DNA of 12,997 nucleotides from Armatimonadota bacterium (GCA_034722055.1 JAYENL010000065.1:1-12997); one strand, 5' to 3'; positions 1 to 7,886 are shown, numbered from the stretch's first letter. Notes: generated by a model not told the origin, from the sequence alone. Translations and numbers: made by a program.

Positions 1-124
1 CCGACCTGGGCCTGCCACAACTGCGCGTCAGGGACGCAGCCTCAATCTGATCGAACCGCCGTGTACGGACCCGTACGCACGGTGGTGTGACAGGGACAGC
101 CCGTGAGGGCCTACCTATGTCAAT
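1..124 (+). mobile_element. 3' end of a group II intron, class IIC (5' part lies outside the window)
   Basis: Domain V at 55-86 (ACCGCCGTGTACGGACCCGTACGCACGGTGGT) is a 32-nt hairpin with a CGC catalytic triad at 57-59, a CG bulge at 76-77 and a GACC loop. Domain VI at 89-121 pairs GACA/GGG with CCT(A)TGTC, with a bulged A at 117 and a GCCC-GTGA-GGGC GNRA hairpin at 99-110. The element ends in AT at 123-124. The short domain V with a CGC triad is typical of class IIC. Confidence 0.93.
3..50 (+). CDS. C-terminal end of the intron-encoded reverse transcriptase/maturase (partial)
   Basis: The frame from position 3 reads DLGLPQLRVRDAASI and stops with TGA at 48-50, four bases before domain V. An 'LGLPxL' ending directly before domain V is typical of class C intron-encoded proteins, which lack an endonuclease domain. 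Confidence 0.75.
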   Translation, partial: DLGLPQLRVRDAASI

Positions 125-215
125 CCTTGACGTTGTCGTTGTGGCCCGTGCGTGCGACCGACACGACGAATCGATACCCGCGGTCAGGTCAGTCGCTCTC
201 CGTCACCGCCAGACC
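124..215. repeat. Direct repeat, copy 1 (92 bp perfect; extends to 225 with 2 mismatches)
   Basis: TCCTTGACGTTGTCG...CACCGCCAGACC is identical to 343-434 at an offset of 219. Confidence 0.97.
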
Positions 216-307
216 GATGCCGGCCCCTCCGTACGACAGCAACACGCCCCGGAGCTGTTGCTCCATCGCAGGCCACCCACAAGACGCGGGTAATGCCTAG
301 GTCGTTC

Positions 308-343
308 GGAGCGGCGGCGTCTTTAGACCCGCCGGCCGTTTGT
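308..343 (+). terminator. REP-like or terminator-like hairpin followed by GTTTGT; putative group IIC target structure
   Basis: GGAGCGGCGGCGTCTTTAGACCCGCCG forms an imperfect stem, CGGCGG(C)GTCT/AGAC(C)CGCCG, followed by GCCGTTTGT. It lies downstream of the minus-strand gene run. Confidence 0.55.
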
Positions 344-434
344 CCTTGACGTTGTCGTTGTGGCCCGTGCGTGCGACCGACACGACGAATCGATACCCGC
401 GGTCAGGTCAGTCGCTCTCCGTCACCGCCAGACC
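343..434. repeat. Direct repeat, copy 2 (overlaps the last codons and stop of the minus-strand gene ending at 408)
   Basis: Identical to 124-215; extends to 444 with 2 mismatches. Confidence 0.97.
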
Positions 435-1355
435 AAGGCCGGCCTCCAGCCCGCCGGCGTAGTAGAGGTAGAGCCGGTCGTCCCACTCGAAGGGGTAGGG
501 ATCGCGGAGGTCGTCGCCCTCCCACTCGAGCGCTGGCTTCAGCACTGTGCCCAGACGCTCGGCCCGCCACTGCTGCGGCGGAGCCGAGGTGTCCACGCGC
601 GCCAGCCGGATGACCTCGCGGTCCAGCTCCGCCGAGGTGCGGGTCGAGTAGTAGACATCGAGCGTGCCGTCCCGGACGTGCATGCCGGAGTGCCGAATGA
701 TGCCGAAGTCCCCCTGGTCGTCGGGCCACAGCAGCGGCTCCTCTCGCACGCGCTCCCAGTGCAGGTAGTCGCGGCTGTGCAGGAGCCCCTGGCAGTTTCG
801 CGCCACGCCGGGGGCGGCTCGCTCGCCGCCGTTGCCCATGTAGAGCGCAAGGCTGCGGCCGCCCAGGCGGAACGGGCGCAGGTATGCGGTGGCGTTGCAG
901 TCCCACTAGCCCTCACGCTCGGATGGCCGGATCAGCGGCTCGGGCTCCTCCACCTCGAAGTGCAGGCCGTCGTAGGAGACCGCGCTGCCCATGACCTGCC
1001 CGCGACCGGCGGCGTTGCCGCCATGGTAGTAGAGGTAGAGGCGCTCCGCGTCCTCGTCGATGAGCACATCCGGGGAGGAGATGTGTCCCTCGAGCATGGG
1101 CGCGTCAGCGAGGTCGAAGACCGGGTCCTGGACCGTCCACGGGCCCTCAGGCTCGGACGCGGTCGCGAGGCCGATACCGGCGCCATGGTGGCTGGCATAG
1201 TACATGTAGAGCCGATCCAATGGCTCACCGACCCAGCCCGGCGCGCCGACGACCGTCGGGAACATCACCGACGGCCTGCTCGCCGGCCAGCGTATGGCGT
1301 CCCAGGTCAGGACCGGCTCATCGAACACGCGAGTGAACTGCGGCACGTCGGGCAT
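408..1355 (-). pseudogene. Five-bladed beta-propeller glycoside-hydrolase-like protein (GH43/GH32/GH130-type fold), interrupted by one in-frame TAG at 906-908 (nonsense mutation or readthrough)
   Basis: ORFs 906-1355 and 408-839 are in the same frame and join as ...LIRPSEREG*WDCNATAYLRPFRLGGRSLALYMGNGG... Repeated blade motifs are present: LYMYYASHHGAGIGLATA, SSPDVLID..LYLYYHG, DPYPFEWDDRLYLYYAG..AGLGLA. An AGGAGG RBS lies at 1363-1368. The joined frame is 315 codons. Confidence 0.8.
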
Positions 1356-1442
1356 GGTGGGGCCTCCTGCTCTTTCGGCGTTGCTGTGCAGAGCGAATGA
1401 CTGCGACGCCGTCAGCTTGCGGCTTGCAGCGTGTAGCTGCCG

Positions 1443-4124
1443 TCACCGCTCCTCGGCCTTGTCCCTGAGCCGCGCCAGGGCCTGCAGGGCCTCCATGGGC
1501 GTCATGTTCTCGGGGTCGAGGGACCTCAGCTCCTCCACGATGGGGTGCGGGGCGGCCTCGAAGAGCTGAAGCTGGACCGTCGGCGCCACCCGTGCGGCCG
1601 CCTCCTGCGACGGGCCGATCTCGGTGCCGATGTCCTCGCGCTCAAGGGTGTGCAGGACCTCCCTGGCGCGGTCGATGACCGCCTGCGGGAGGCCGGCGAG
1701 GCGGGCCACCTGGATGCCGTAGGAGCGCTGCGTGCCGCCGGGCTCGATGCGGCGGAGGAAGGTGATCTGATCGCCCTCCTCGCGCACCATGACCTTCAGG
1801 TTCTGCACCTCGTCGAAGAGGGACTCCAGCTCGTTGAGGTGGTGGTAGTGGGTGGCGAAGAGGGTCTTGGCGCCGATCTGGTTGATGAGGTACTCGGCCA
1901 CCGCCCAGGCGATGGAGACGCCGTCGAAGGTGGAGGTGCCGCGGCCGATCTCGTCCAGGAGCACCAGTGACTGCGTGGTGGCGTTGTTCATGATGTTGGC
2001 GGCCTCGTTCATCTCCACCATGAAGGTGGAGCGGCCCGTGGCGAGGTCGTCGGAGGCCCCCACGCGGGTGAAGATGCGATCCACCACGCCGATGCGCGCG
2101 CTGTCGGCGGGCACGAAGCTGCCCATCTGCGCCATGAGCGTGATCAGCGCCACCTGCCGCAGGTAGGTGGACTTGCCGGACATGTTGGGGCCGGTGACGA
2201 TCTGCATCTGCCGGCTGTCACGATCCAGAAGGGTGTCATTGGGGACGAAGGGCTCCTGCCCCGGCGCGCGCTCGACGACCGGATGGCGGCCGGCGGTGAT
2301 CTGGATGACCTCGCCCGCGTCCACCTCCGGGCGCACGTAGTCGTACTCGATGGCGACCTCCGCCAGGCACACCAGCACATCGATGGCCGCCAGCGCCCGG
2401 GCGGTGGACAGCAGCGTCTCGGCGTGCTCCGCCACCTGGGCGCGCAGATCGCAGAACAGCTCGTACTCCAGCTCCTGCATCCGCTCCTCGGCACCGAGGA
2501 TCCTGGACTCCTGCTCCTTGAGCTCGGGGGTGATGTAGCGCTCGGCGGACGTGAGGGTCTGCTTGCGCTCGTAGTCCTCGGGCACCAGGTGCGTGTTGGC
2601 GTTGGTGACCTCCAGGTAGTAGCCGAAGACCTTGTTGTAGCCGACCTTCAGGTTCTCGATGCCCGTCCTGGCCCGCTCCTGGGCCTCCAGCTCCGCGATC
2701 CAGCGCTTGCCGCCGGAGGCGATGTCACGCAGCTCATCAAGCTCCTCGGAGTAGCCGTCGCGGATGATGTCGCCCTCGGTGATCTGCACCGGCGGCTCGT
2801 CCCCCAGCGCGCTGTCGAGCAGCGCCGTCACATCCTCCAGGGTGCCCATGCGTTCGCGGAGGCGCCCCAGCAGCTCGGCCTGGCAGCCCTCCAGCACGGT
2901 GACGATCTCGGGCAGTCGGCGCAGGGACTCGCGCAGGGAGACCAGGTCGCGGGCGTTGGCGCGGGCAGCGGTGACGCGGCTGGTGAGGCGCTCGATGTCG
3001 TAGACGTCGCGGAGGTGCGTGGCGAGGTCCTCGGCGGTGAGCCGGTCGGCGACGAGCTCATCCACCGCGTCCAGGCGCTGGTTGATGGCGGCCGGGTCCA
3101 GCAGCGGCTGCAGCAGCCAGTCGCGCAGCAGCCGGCCGCCCATGGCGGTGGAGGTGCGATCCATCAGCGACAGCAGAGAGCCCTCGCGGCGGTTGTCGCG
3201 GATGGTCCTGGTCAGCTCCAGGTTGCGGCGGGTGGCGGCGTCGATGACCAGGAACTGCTCCGTGGAGTAGGTTGTGATCCCCGAGAGGTGGGGTACGCCG
3301 TCGGGGTGGGTCTGCTGCAGGTAGCGGAGGGCCTGGGCGGCGGCGCTGACGGCCGCCGGCATCTCCTCGCAGCCGTACCCGCGCAGCGAGTCCACGCCGA
3401 AGTGCTCCTGAAGCTGCCCGGCCGGGGAGCTGAAGGCCATGCCATCCTCGTCCGCCACAGTCACGGGCGCCTCCATGCGCCGCGCCAGCAGCTCGCGCAG
3501 CTTCTCCTCCTCGGCCAGCTCCGGGTGGAGCAGGATCTCGGTGGGGGAGAGGCGCGTGGTCTCGTCCACCACCGCCGCCACCGATGGGTCGATGCCCTCC
3601 GGAGCGGTCTCGGGAAGCTCGGGTCGGTGGGGCTGGTGAGTCTGCTGGGGCGCGGGCTCGGTGACCAGGAAGTCGCCGGTGGAGACGTCCACGGCGGCGA
3701 GCCCGTAGCGGTCGCCGCTCCGCGCGATGGAGAGCAGGAAGTTGTGATCGCGGGTGTCCAGCAGCTCGTCCTCCACCAGCGTGCCGGCGGTCACCACCCG
3801 CGTGACCTGCCGGCGCACCAGGCCCTTGGCCTTGCTGGCGTCCTCCACCTGGTCGCAGATGGCGGCCCGGTAGCCCTTGCGGATGAGCTGGGCGAGGTAC
3901 TTCTGGGCGGCGTGGTAGGGCACGCCGCACATGGGCAGGTGGATGCCCTCACCGGCGCGGCGCTTGGTCAGCGTCAGCTCCAACTCGCGGGCGGCCACCT
4001 CCGCGTCGTCGCCAAACAGCTCGTAGAAGTCCCCCATGCGGAAGAGCAGCAGAACATCCGGGTACTGCTGCTTGGCCTCATGCCACTGCTTGAACACGGG
4101 GGTGAAGTTGCTGGGATCCGGCAC
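1443..4124 (-). CDS. mutS: DNA mismatch repair protein MutS (MutS1)
   Basis: Contains the mismatch-binding motif FRMGDFYELF, GVPYHAA, Walker A GPNMSGKST, STFMVEM, Walker B LLDEIGRGTST, FATHYH, SYGIQVARLAGLP and a C-terminal QLQLF clamp-binding-like motif. The start is placed at GTG 4124, behind an AGGAGGAG RBS at 4129-4136, giving 893 aa. Confidence 0.97.
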   Translation of the reverse strand: MPDPSNFTPVFKQWHEAKQQYPDVLLLFRMGDFYELFGDDAEVAARELELTLTKRRAGEGIHLPMCGVPYHAAQKYLAQLIRKGYRAAICDQVEDASKAKGLVRRQVTRVVTAGTLVEDELLDTRDHNFLLSIARSGDRYGLAAVDVSTGDFLVTEPAPQQTHQPHRPELPETAPEGIDPSVAAVVDETTRLSPTEILLHPELAEEEKLRELLARRMEAPVTVADEDGMAFSSPAGQLQEHFGVDSLRGYGCEEMPAAVSAAAQALRYLQQTHPDGVPHLSGITTYSTEQFLVIDAATRRNLELTRTIRDNRREGSLLSLMDRTSTAMGGRLLRDWLLQPLLDPAAINQRLDAVDELVADRLTAEDLATHLRDVYDIERLTSRVTAARANARDLVSLRESLRRLPEIVTVLEGCQAELLGRLRERMGTLEDVTALLDSALGDEPPVQITEGDIIRDGYSEELDELRDIASGGKRWIAELEAQERARTGIENLKVGYNKVFGYYLEVTNANTHLVPEDYERKQTLTSAERYITPELKEQESRILGAEERMQELEYELFCDLRAQVAEHAETLLSTARALAAIDVLVCLAEVAIEYDYVRPEVDAGEVIQITAGRHPVVERAPGQEPFVPNDTLLDRDSRQMQIVTGPNMSGKSTYLRQVALITLMAQMGSFVPADSARIGVVDRIFTRVGASDDLATGRSTFMVEMNEAANIMNNATTQSLVLLDEIGRGTSTFDGVSIAWAVAEYLINQIGAKTLFATHYHHLNELESLFDEVQNLKVMVREEGDQITFLRRIEPGGTQRSYGIQVARLAGLPQAVIDRAREVLHTLEREDIGTEIGPSQEAAARVAPTVQLQLFEAAPHPIVEELRSLDPENMTPMEALQALARLRDKAEER

Positions 4125-4156
4125 GTCGCTCCTCCTGCAATGCGCTCGGGCGTCGG

Positions 4157-5524
4157 TCAAGGTGCAGTCGATTCTTGTACAGCTTTGGGCTTTATACCTG
4201 CACAGCCCTGTGCGTCTATCTGCCTGCCCATCCAGCCCCACAGGAAGGCCTTCTCCGCCCGGACGGGGACGATGCGCCCGATCAGCTCCTCGCCGCCGGG
4301 GAAGATCATCAGCTTGTGCTGCCGCGTGCGCCCGCGGACGTGCCCCTCCGACTTGGGGTCCGGCTCCTCCACCAGCACCTCGTAGACCTCGCCGACCAAC
4401 TCCCGATTGATGTCGCGGGCGATCTCATTCTGTAGCGCCACCAGCTCCTCGAGCCTGTGCTGCTTCTCCTCCTCTGGGACCTTGGGCTGCATGGTCTCGG
4501 CGCGCGTGCCGGGCCGGTCGTTGTACTTGAACATGAAGGCCTGGTCGAAGCGGAGCTCCTCAAAGGCCTTCAGCGTTGCCTCGAAGTCTGAGGGAGTTTC
4601 CCCCGGAAAACCTACCATGACATCGGTGGTGACGGCAAGGTCGGGGATGGCCTGGCGAGCGGACTCGATCAGCGTGCGGAAGTGCTCGTAGCTGTAGCCG
4701 CGGCCCATGGCCTCCAGCACCCGGTCGGAGCCGGCCTGCAGCGGCAGGTGCAGGTGCTCGCAGACCGTGGGCAGGTCGCGCATGGCGTCGATGAGCCGCC
4801 GGGTCATATCCTTGGGGTGGGAGGTGGTGAAGCGCAGGCGGTCAAGCCCCTCCACGGCATCCACGCGGCGGAGCAGGTCCGGGAAGTCGATCGCGCCGGG
4901 CAGGTCCCGGCCGTAGGAGTTGACGTTCTGGCCCAGGAGCGTGACCTCTCGAGCCCCGGCGGCGACCACGCGCTCAACCTCCGCCAGGACGTCCTCGGGC
5001 AGGCGGCTCTGCTCCCGCCCGCGGGCGTAGGGCACGATGCAGTAGGCGCAGAAGTTGTCGCAGCCGTAGATGACGTTGACGAAGGCGGTCAGATGCGAGG
5101 CCCGCCGGGCCGGGAGCCCCTCAGCGATGTGGCGGTCCCCTCCGATGGTGAGCGTGCAGTTGCGCTGTGCGCTCGCGCCAAGGTCCCCCAGCGCTGGCTC
5201 CAGCATATCGTAGCAGCGGGGTCCGACGACGATGTCAGCGCCGCGCTGGCGGAGTTCATCGGCGGCGATCTGGGCCACGCAGCCGGCGACCACGATGACC
5301 AGGTCCGGGTTCTCCCGGCGCAGCTTGCGCAGCTCGCCCAGGCGGCTGTAGACCCTCTCCTGGGGCTTGTCGCGCACGGCGCAGGTGTTGAGGATGGCGA
5401 CGCGGGCATCGGCGGGATCATCGCACGGTGTCATGCCGAGCTTCTCGCAGATTCCCGCCAGGGTCTCCGAGTCCCGCTCGTTCATCTGACAGCCGCTGGT
5501 GTCGATCCAGTAGTGCCGAGGCAT
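4157..5524 (-). CDS. miaB: tRNA-2-methylthio-N6-dimethylallyladenosine synthase MiaB (radical SAM methylthiotransferase)
   Basis: UPF0004 N-terminus (GCQMNERDSE, LNTCAVRDKP, AGCVAQ), radical SAM CDNFCAYC followed by IVPYARGREQSR, LLGQNVNSYG, RFTTSHP, HLPLQAGSDRVL, VGFPGET and a C-terminal TRAM domain. The start is ATG at 5524 (MPRHYWIDTSGCQMN), giving 455 aa. Confidence 0.95.
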   Translation of the reverse strand: MPRHYWIDTSGCQMNERDSETLAGICEKLGMTPCDDPADARVAILNTCAVRDKPQERVYSRLGELRKLRRENPDLVIVVAGCVAQIAADELRQRGADIVVGPRCYDMLEPALGDLGASAQRNCTLTIGGDRHIAEGLPARRASHLTAFVNVIYGCDNFCAYCIVPYARGREQSRLPEDVLAEVERVVAAGAREVTLLGQNVNSYGRDLPGAIDFPDLLRRVDAVEGLDRLRFTTSHPKDMTRRLIDAMRDLPTVCEHLHLPLQAGSDRVLEAMGRGYSYEHFRTLIESARQAIPDLAVTTDVMVGFPGETPSDFEATLKAFEELRFDQAFMFKYNDRPGTRAETMQPKVPEEEKQHRLEELVALQNEIARDINRELVGEVYEVLVEEPDPKSEGHVRGRTRQHKLMIFPGGEELIGRIVPVRAEKAFLWGWMGRQIDAQGCAGIKPKAVQESTAP

Positions 5525-5530
5525 GTCTGA

Positions 5531-5560
5531 AGTATAGCACGCAGTCGGGATGGGCGACAA
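5531..5560 (-). promoter_or_regulatory. Sigma70-type promoter for miaB, probably giving a leaderless transcript
   Basis: The minus strand reads TTGTCG-N18-TATACT with an extended -10 (TGCTATACT). The -10 box ends 6 nt before the ATG and there is no Shine-Dalgarno sequence. Confidence 0.7.
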
Positions 5561-5677
5561 AGGCTGGGTGCGGCGGCAGGCTCGGGCGCAGTGCCTGCAG
5601 GGCCGGAGGGACCGGTGGGGCGTGCGACGAAGTAGACACGACGGCACTCCTACACTGTCGAAAGCGGTGAGATCCGA

Positions 5678-6706
5678 ATGAGGAAGTACGCGGAGGGCAA
5701 TCTGCGTTACGGCGTGATCGGCGCCGGCATCCAGGGCGAGAAGCACATCCAGGTCATCGGCCTGATGCCCAACACCACCTTGGTGGGGGTGTGTGACGTG
5801 CAGGAGGAGCGGGCCCGGTCGATGGCGCTCAAGCACGGCGCCCAGCACGCGGTGAGCGACTGGGAGGAGCTGCTGGCGATCGACGAGATCGAGGCGGTGA
5901 GCATCGCGCTGCCCGACCACCTGCACCGAGAGGTAGCCGTGGCGGCGCTTCAGGGTGGCAAGCACGTGCTGCTGGAGAAGCCCATGGCCACGACGGTGGA
6001 GGACGCCGAGGCCATCGTGGAGGCGCAGCGGGCATCCGGCACGAAGCTGATGATCAACTGGAGCAACCGGTGGATGATCGCCTTCGCCAAGACCAAGGAG
6101 AAGCTGGAGGCCGGAGAGCTGGGGGACCCCATCTACTGCTACGCGCGGCTGAACAACACGCTGTATGTGCCGACGGAGATGCTCTCGTGGTCGGCGGACA
6201 CGCGGCTGCCCTTCTGGCTGATCTGCCACCGCTACGACATCGCGCGGTGGTACTTCGGCTCGGAGGCGAAGAAGGTCACGGCGGTGTCGCGCTCGGTGGT
6301 GCTCAAGGAGATGGGCATCGACACCCCGGACTTCTACCAGGCCACGGTGGAGTTCGAGGACGGGCAGGTGGGCAACTTCGAGTCCTGCTGGATTCTGCCC
6401 GAGAGCATGCCCTACCTGGTGGACAGCAAGTTCCAGCTCATCTGCACCAAGGGCTACGTCAACGTCGATCCTACGCCCCCCGTGCACCAGCTTGCCACCG
6501 ACGAGGAGTACTCCCACGAGGGCTTCCTGTTCGGGAACGTGATGGGCGAGCCGGTGGGCTTCGTGCGCAACGCCATCGAGCACTTCGTCAACTCGGTGCT
6601 CACCGACAGCGAGCCGATGATCACCGGCGAGGACGGGCTGCAGATCACCCGGGCGCTGGTGGCGATGGTGGAGTCGGCTGAGACGGGAGAGGCGGTGTAT
6701 CTGTGA
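5678..6706 (+). CDS. Gfo/Idh/MocA family NAD(P)-dependent oxidoreductase
   Basis: Rossmann motif YGVIGAGIQG, IALPDHLH, GKHVLLEKPMA, and a C-terminal EPMITGEDG; 342 aa. Confidence 0.93.
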   Translation: MRKYAEGNLRYGVIGAGIQGEKHIQVIGLMPNTTLVGVCDVQEERARSMALKHGAQHAVSDWEELLAIDEIEAVSIALPDHLHREVAVAALQGGKHVLLEKPMATTVEDAEAIVEAQRASGTKLMINWSNRWMIAFAKTKEKLEAGELGDPIYCYARLNNTLYVPTEMLSWSADTRLPFWLICHRYDIARWYFGSEAKKVTAVSRSVVLKEMGIDTPDFYQATVEFEDGQVGNFESCWILPESMPYLVDSKFQLICTKGYVNVDPTPPVHQLATDEEYSHEGFLFGNVMGEPVGFVRNAIEHFVNSVLTDSEPMITGEDGLQITRALVAMVESAETGEAVYL

Positions 6707-7653
6707 GGCGTCCGGCGGCTCTGGGCGTGACGCTGCTGGCGGCGGCCACGCTGGCCGTGGGCGGGTGCGCGCGGGGCAGAGACAGCGAGCAGCGGCCTGA
6801 GGTCCAGCCCGCCGGGGAGCAGGTTGAGGTGCCCGCCGCCCGCGAGGAGCTGTCCGAGGAACGGGCGCGGGAGATCGTCGTCGAGGCCACCGGCGTCGCG
6901 GCCGACGAGGTGACCGTGCTGTCCCGGGAAACGGAGGGTGAGGTGGCCACGATCGTCGCCGACGTGCCGGCGCACGAGAAGCTACTGTCCCCGGGCGGTG
7001 ACAGAAAGGAGCGTGACGAGCGTCGGCCACGGCGAGAGGCGGTGGAGATGAGGTGGGACCTGCGGGCGGATCGCCTCACGGACATCCTGTGGACGGAGCG
7101 GCTGCAGTTCGCCGACGAGGAGCCGGTTAGCCCTCAGGAGGCGGAGAGGACGGCTCGGGAGCTGATGGAGGAGTGGTTCCCGGAGGTCCCCGTGGCGATG
7201 ACCATGCAGCCGCCGCATCGGCTGAACCGCCCGGTCTACGTGGTGCTCTGGCGCGGTGAGGACGATGGTGTGCTGACCGGCGATCGCGTGGTGGTGCAGG
7301 TCTCGGCGGTGAGCGGCCTGCCCATCGCCTACAGCCAGCGGGTGGCGGACCAGCGGCCGTCGCCGGACGAGATCGATGTCACTCACGAGCAGGCGATCGA
7401 GGCCGCGCGGGAGACCCTGGCGGAGGCGGGCGTCGAGCACGCCGAGGAGATGCGGCTGGAGGCGGAGCTGGTCCTGAGCTCGCCGGCGCATCCCGAGGGC
7501 GGGCCGGCGTGGACGGTGACGCAGGCCGGTCGGGGGCGCCGCGGTGTCGCGATCGTGGACGCCATGAGCGGCGACGTGCTCGAGACCGCATCGCTCGTGG
7601 GGCAATCGTCTGGGGCTGAGGATGACAACGGGGAGGCCCCCGAGCGGAGATGA
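6703..7653 (+). CDS. Putative lipoprotein with PepSY-like repeats, function unknown
   Basis: The GTG start overlaps the upstream stop (GTGA). Signal peptide with lipobox LAVGG-C. PepSY-like segments LSEERAREIV, VSPQEAERTAREL and VTHEQAIEAARE...AWTV...AIVDAMSGDVL. Confidence 0.7.
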   Translation: MRRPAALGVTLLAAATLAVGGCARGRDSEQRPEVQPAGEQVEVPAAREELSEERAREIVVEATGVAADEVTVLSRETEGEVATIVADVPAHEKLLSPGGDRKERDERRPRREAVEMRWDLRADRLTDILWTERLQFADEEPVSPQEAERTARELMEEWFPEVPVAMTMQPPHRLNRPVYVVLWRGEDDGVLTGDRVVVQVSAVSGLPIAYSQRVADQRPSPDEIDVTHEQAIEAARETLAEAGVEHAEEMRLEAELVLSSPAHPEGGPAWTVTQAGRGRRGVAIVDAMSGDVLETASLVGQSSGAEDDNGEAPERR

Positions 7654-7793
7654 AGCAGTCGGCGATCGGGGCGCGGGCGGGGTGCGTGGGCTTCCCGTGC
7701 GAGAACACCCACGGCTATGAGATGGCGCACCTCGAGTCCATCATCAACTGCGGGCGGCTGCTCGCGGCGTACATGCAGGATCCGGTCCTCTGA
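7650..7793 (+). pseudogene. 47-codon ORF resembling the C-terminal end of an M42 (M20/M28 clan) metallo-aminopeptidase; probable gene remnant
   Basis: Translates as MKQSAIGARAGCVGFPCENTHGYEMAHLESIINCGRLLAAYMQDPVL*. The ATG overlaps the upstream TGA (ATGA). The 'G.P..NTHGYE..H...I.NC.RLL.AY' pattern matches my recollection of M42 C-termini. It is absent from the supplied ORF track. Confidence 0.65.
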
Positions 7794-7886
7794 TAGCAGG
7801 GGCCGGCACGCAGTGACAGAGCGCTGAGAGATGCGCCCGGCTGCTGATGGGGCAGGCGGCCGATCTGGTGCTGTGAGGGAGAGACC

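Noticed and set aside
124..434. CRISPR array
   Set aside because: There are only two copies, the repeat (92 bp) and spacer (127 bp) are far too long, and no cas genes are present.
124..444. Diversity-generating retroelement (template/variable repeat pair next to a reverse transcriptase)
   Set aside because: The repeat is perfect over 92 bp and lies mostly outside the gene. The few mismatches (ATC/CTT, GGG/GAG on the coding strand) are not adenine-specific. The reverse transcriptase is followed by canonical group II domains V and VI and points the opposite way.
87..1400. Plus-strand ORFs 87-293, 103-300, 152-349, 360-1400, 371-613 and minus-strand ORF 403-906
   Set aside because: They overlap intron RNA domains, the repeat, or the shadow frames of the hydrolase gene, and carry no recognisable motifs.
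4125..4241. N-terminal extension of MutS to 4241
   Set aside because: It overlaps the miaB 3' end, and a strong RBS precedes GTG 4124, where MutS homology begins.
2283..5530. Long plus-strand ORFs of 700 aa (2283-4385) and 282 aa (4682-5530)
   Set aside because: These are antisense shadows of mutS and miaB, as expected in high-GC DNA.
4157..7030. 957-aa MiaB fusion protein
   Set aside because: The N-terminal 500 or so residues are the antisense of the oxidoreductase and lipoprotein genes. MiaB homology begins at ATG 5524, which has its own promoter.
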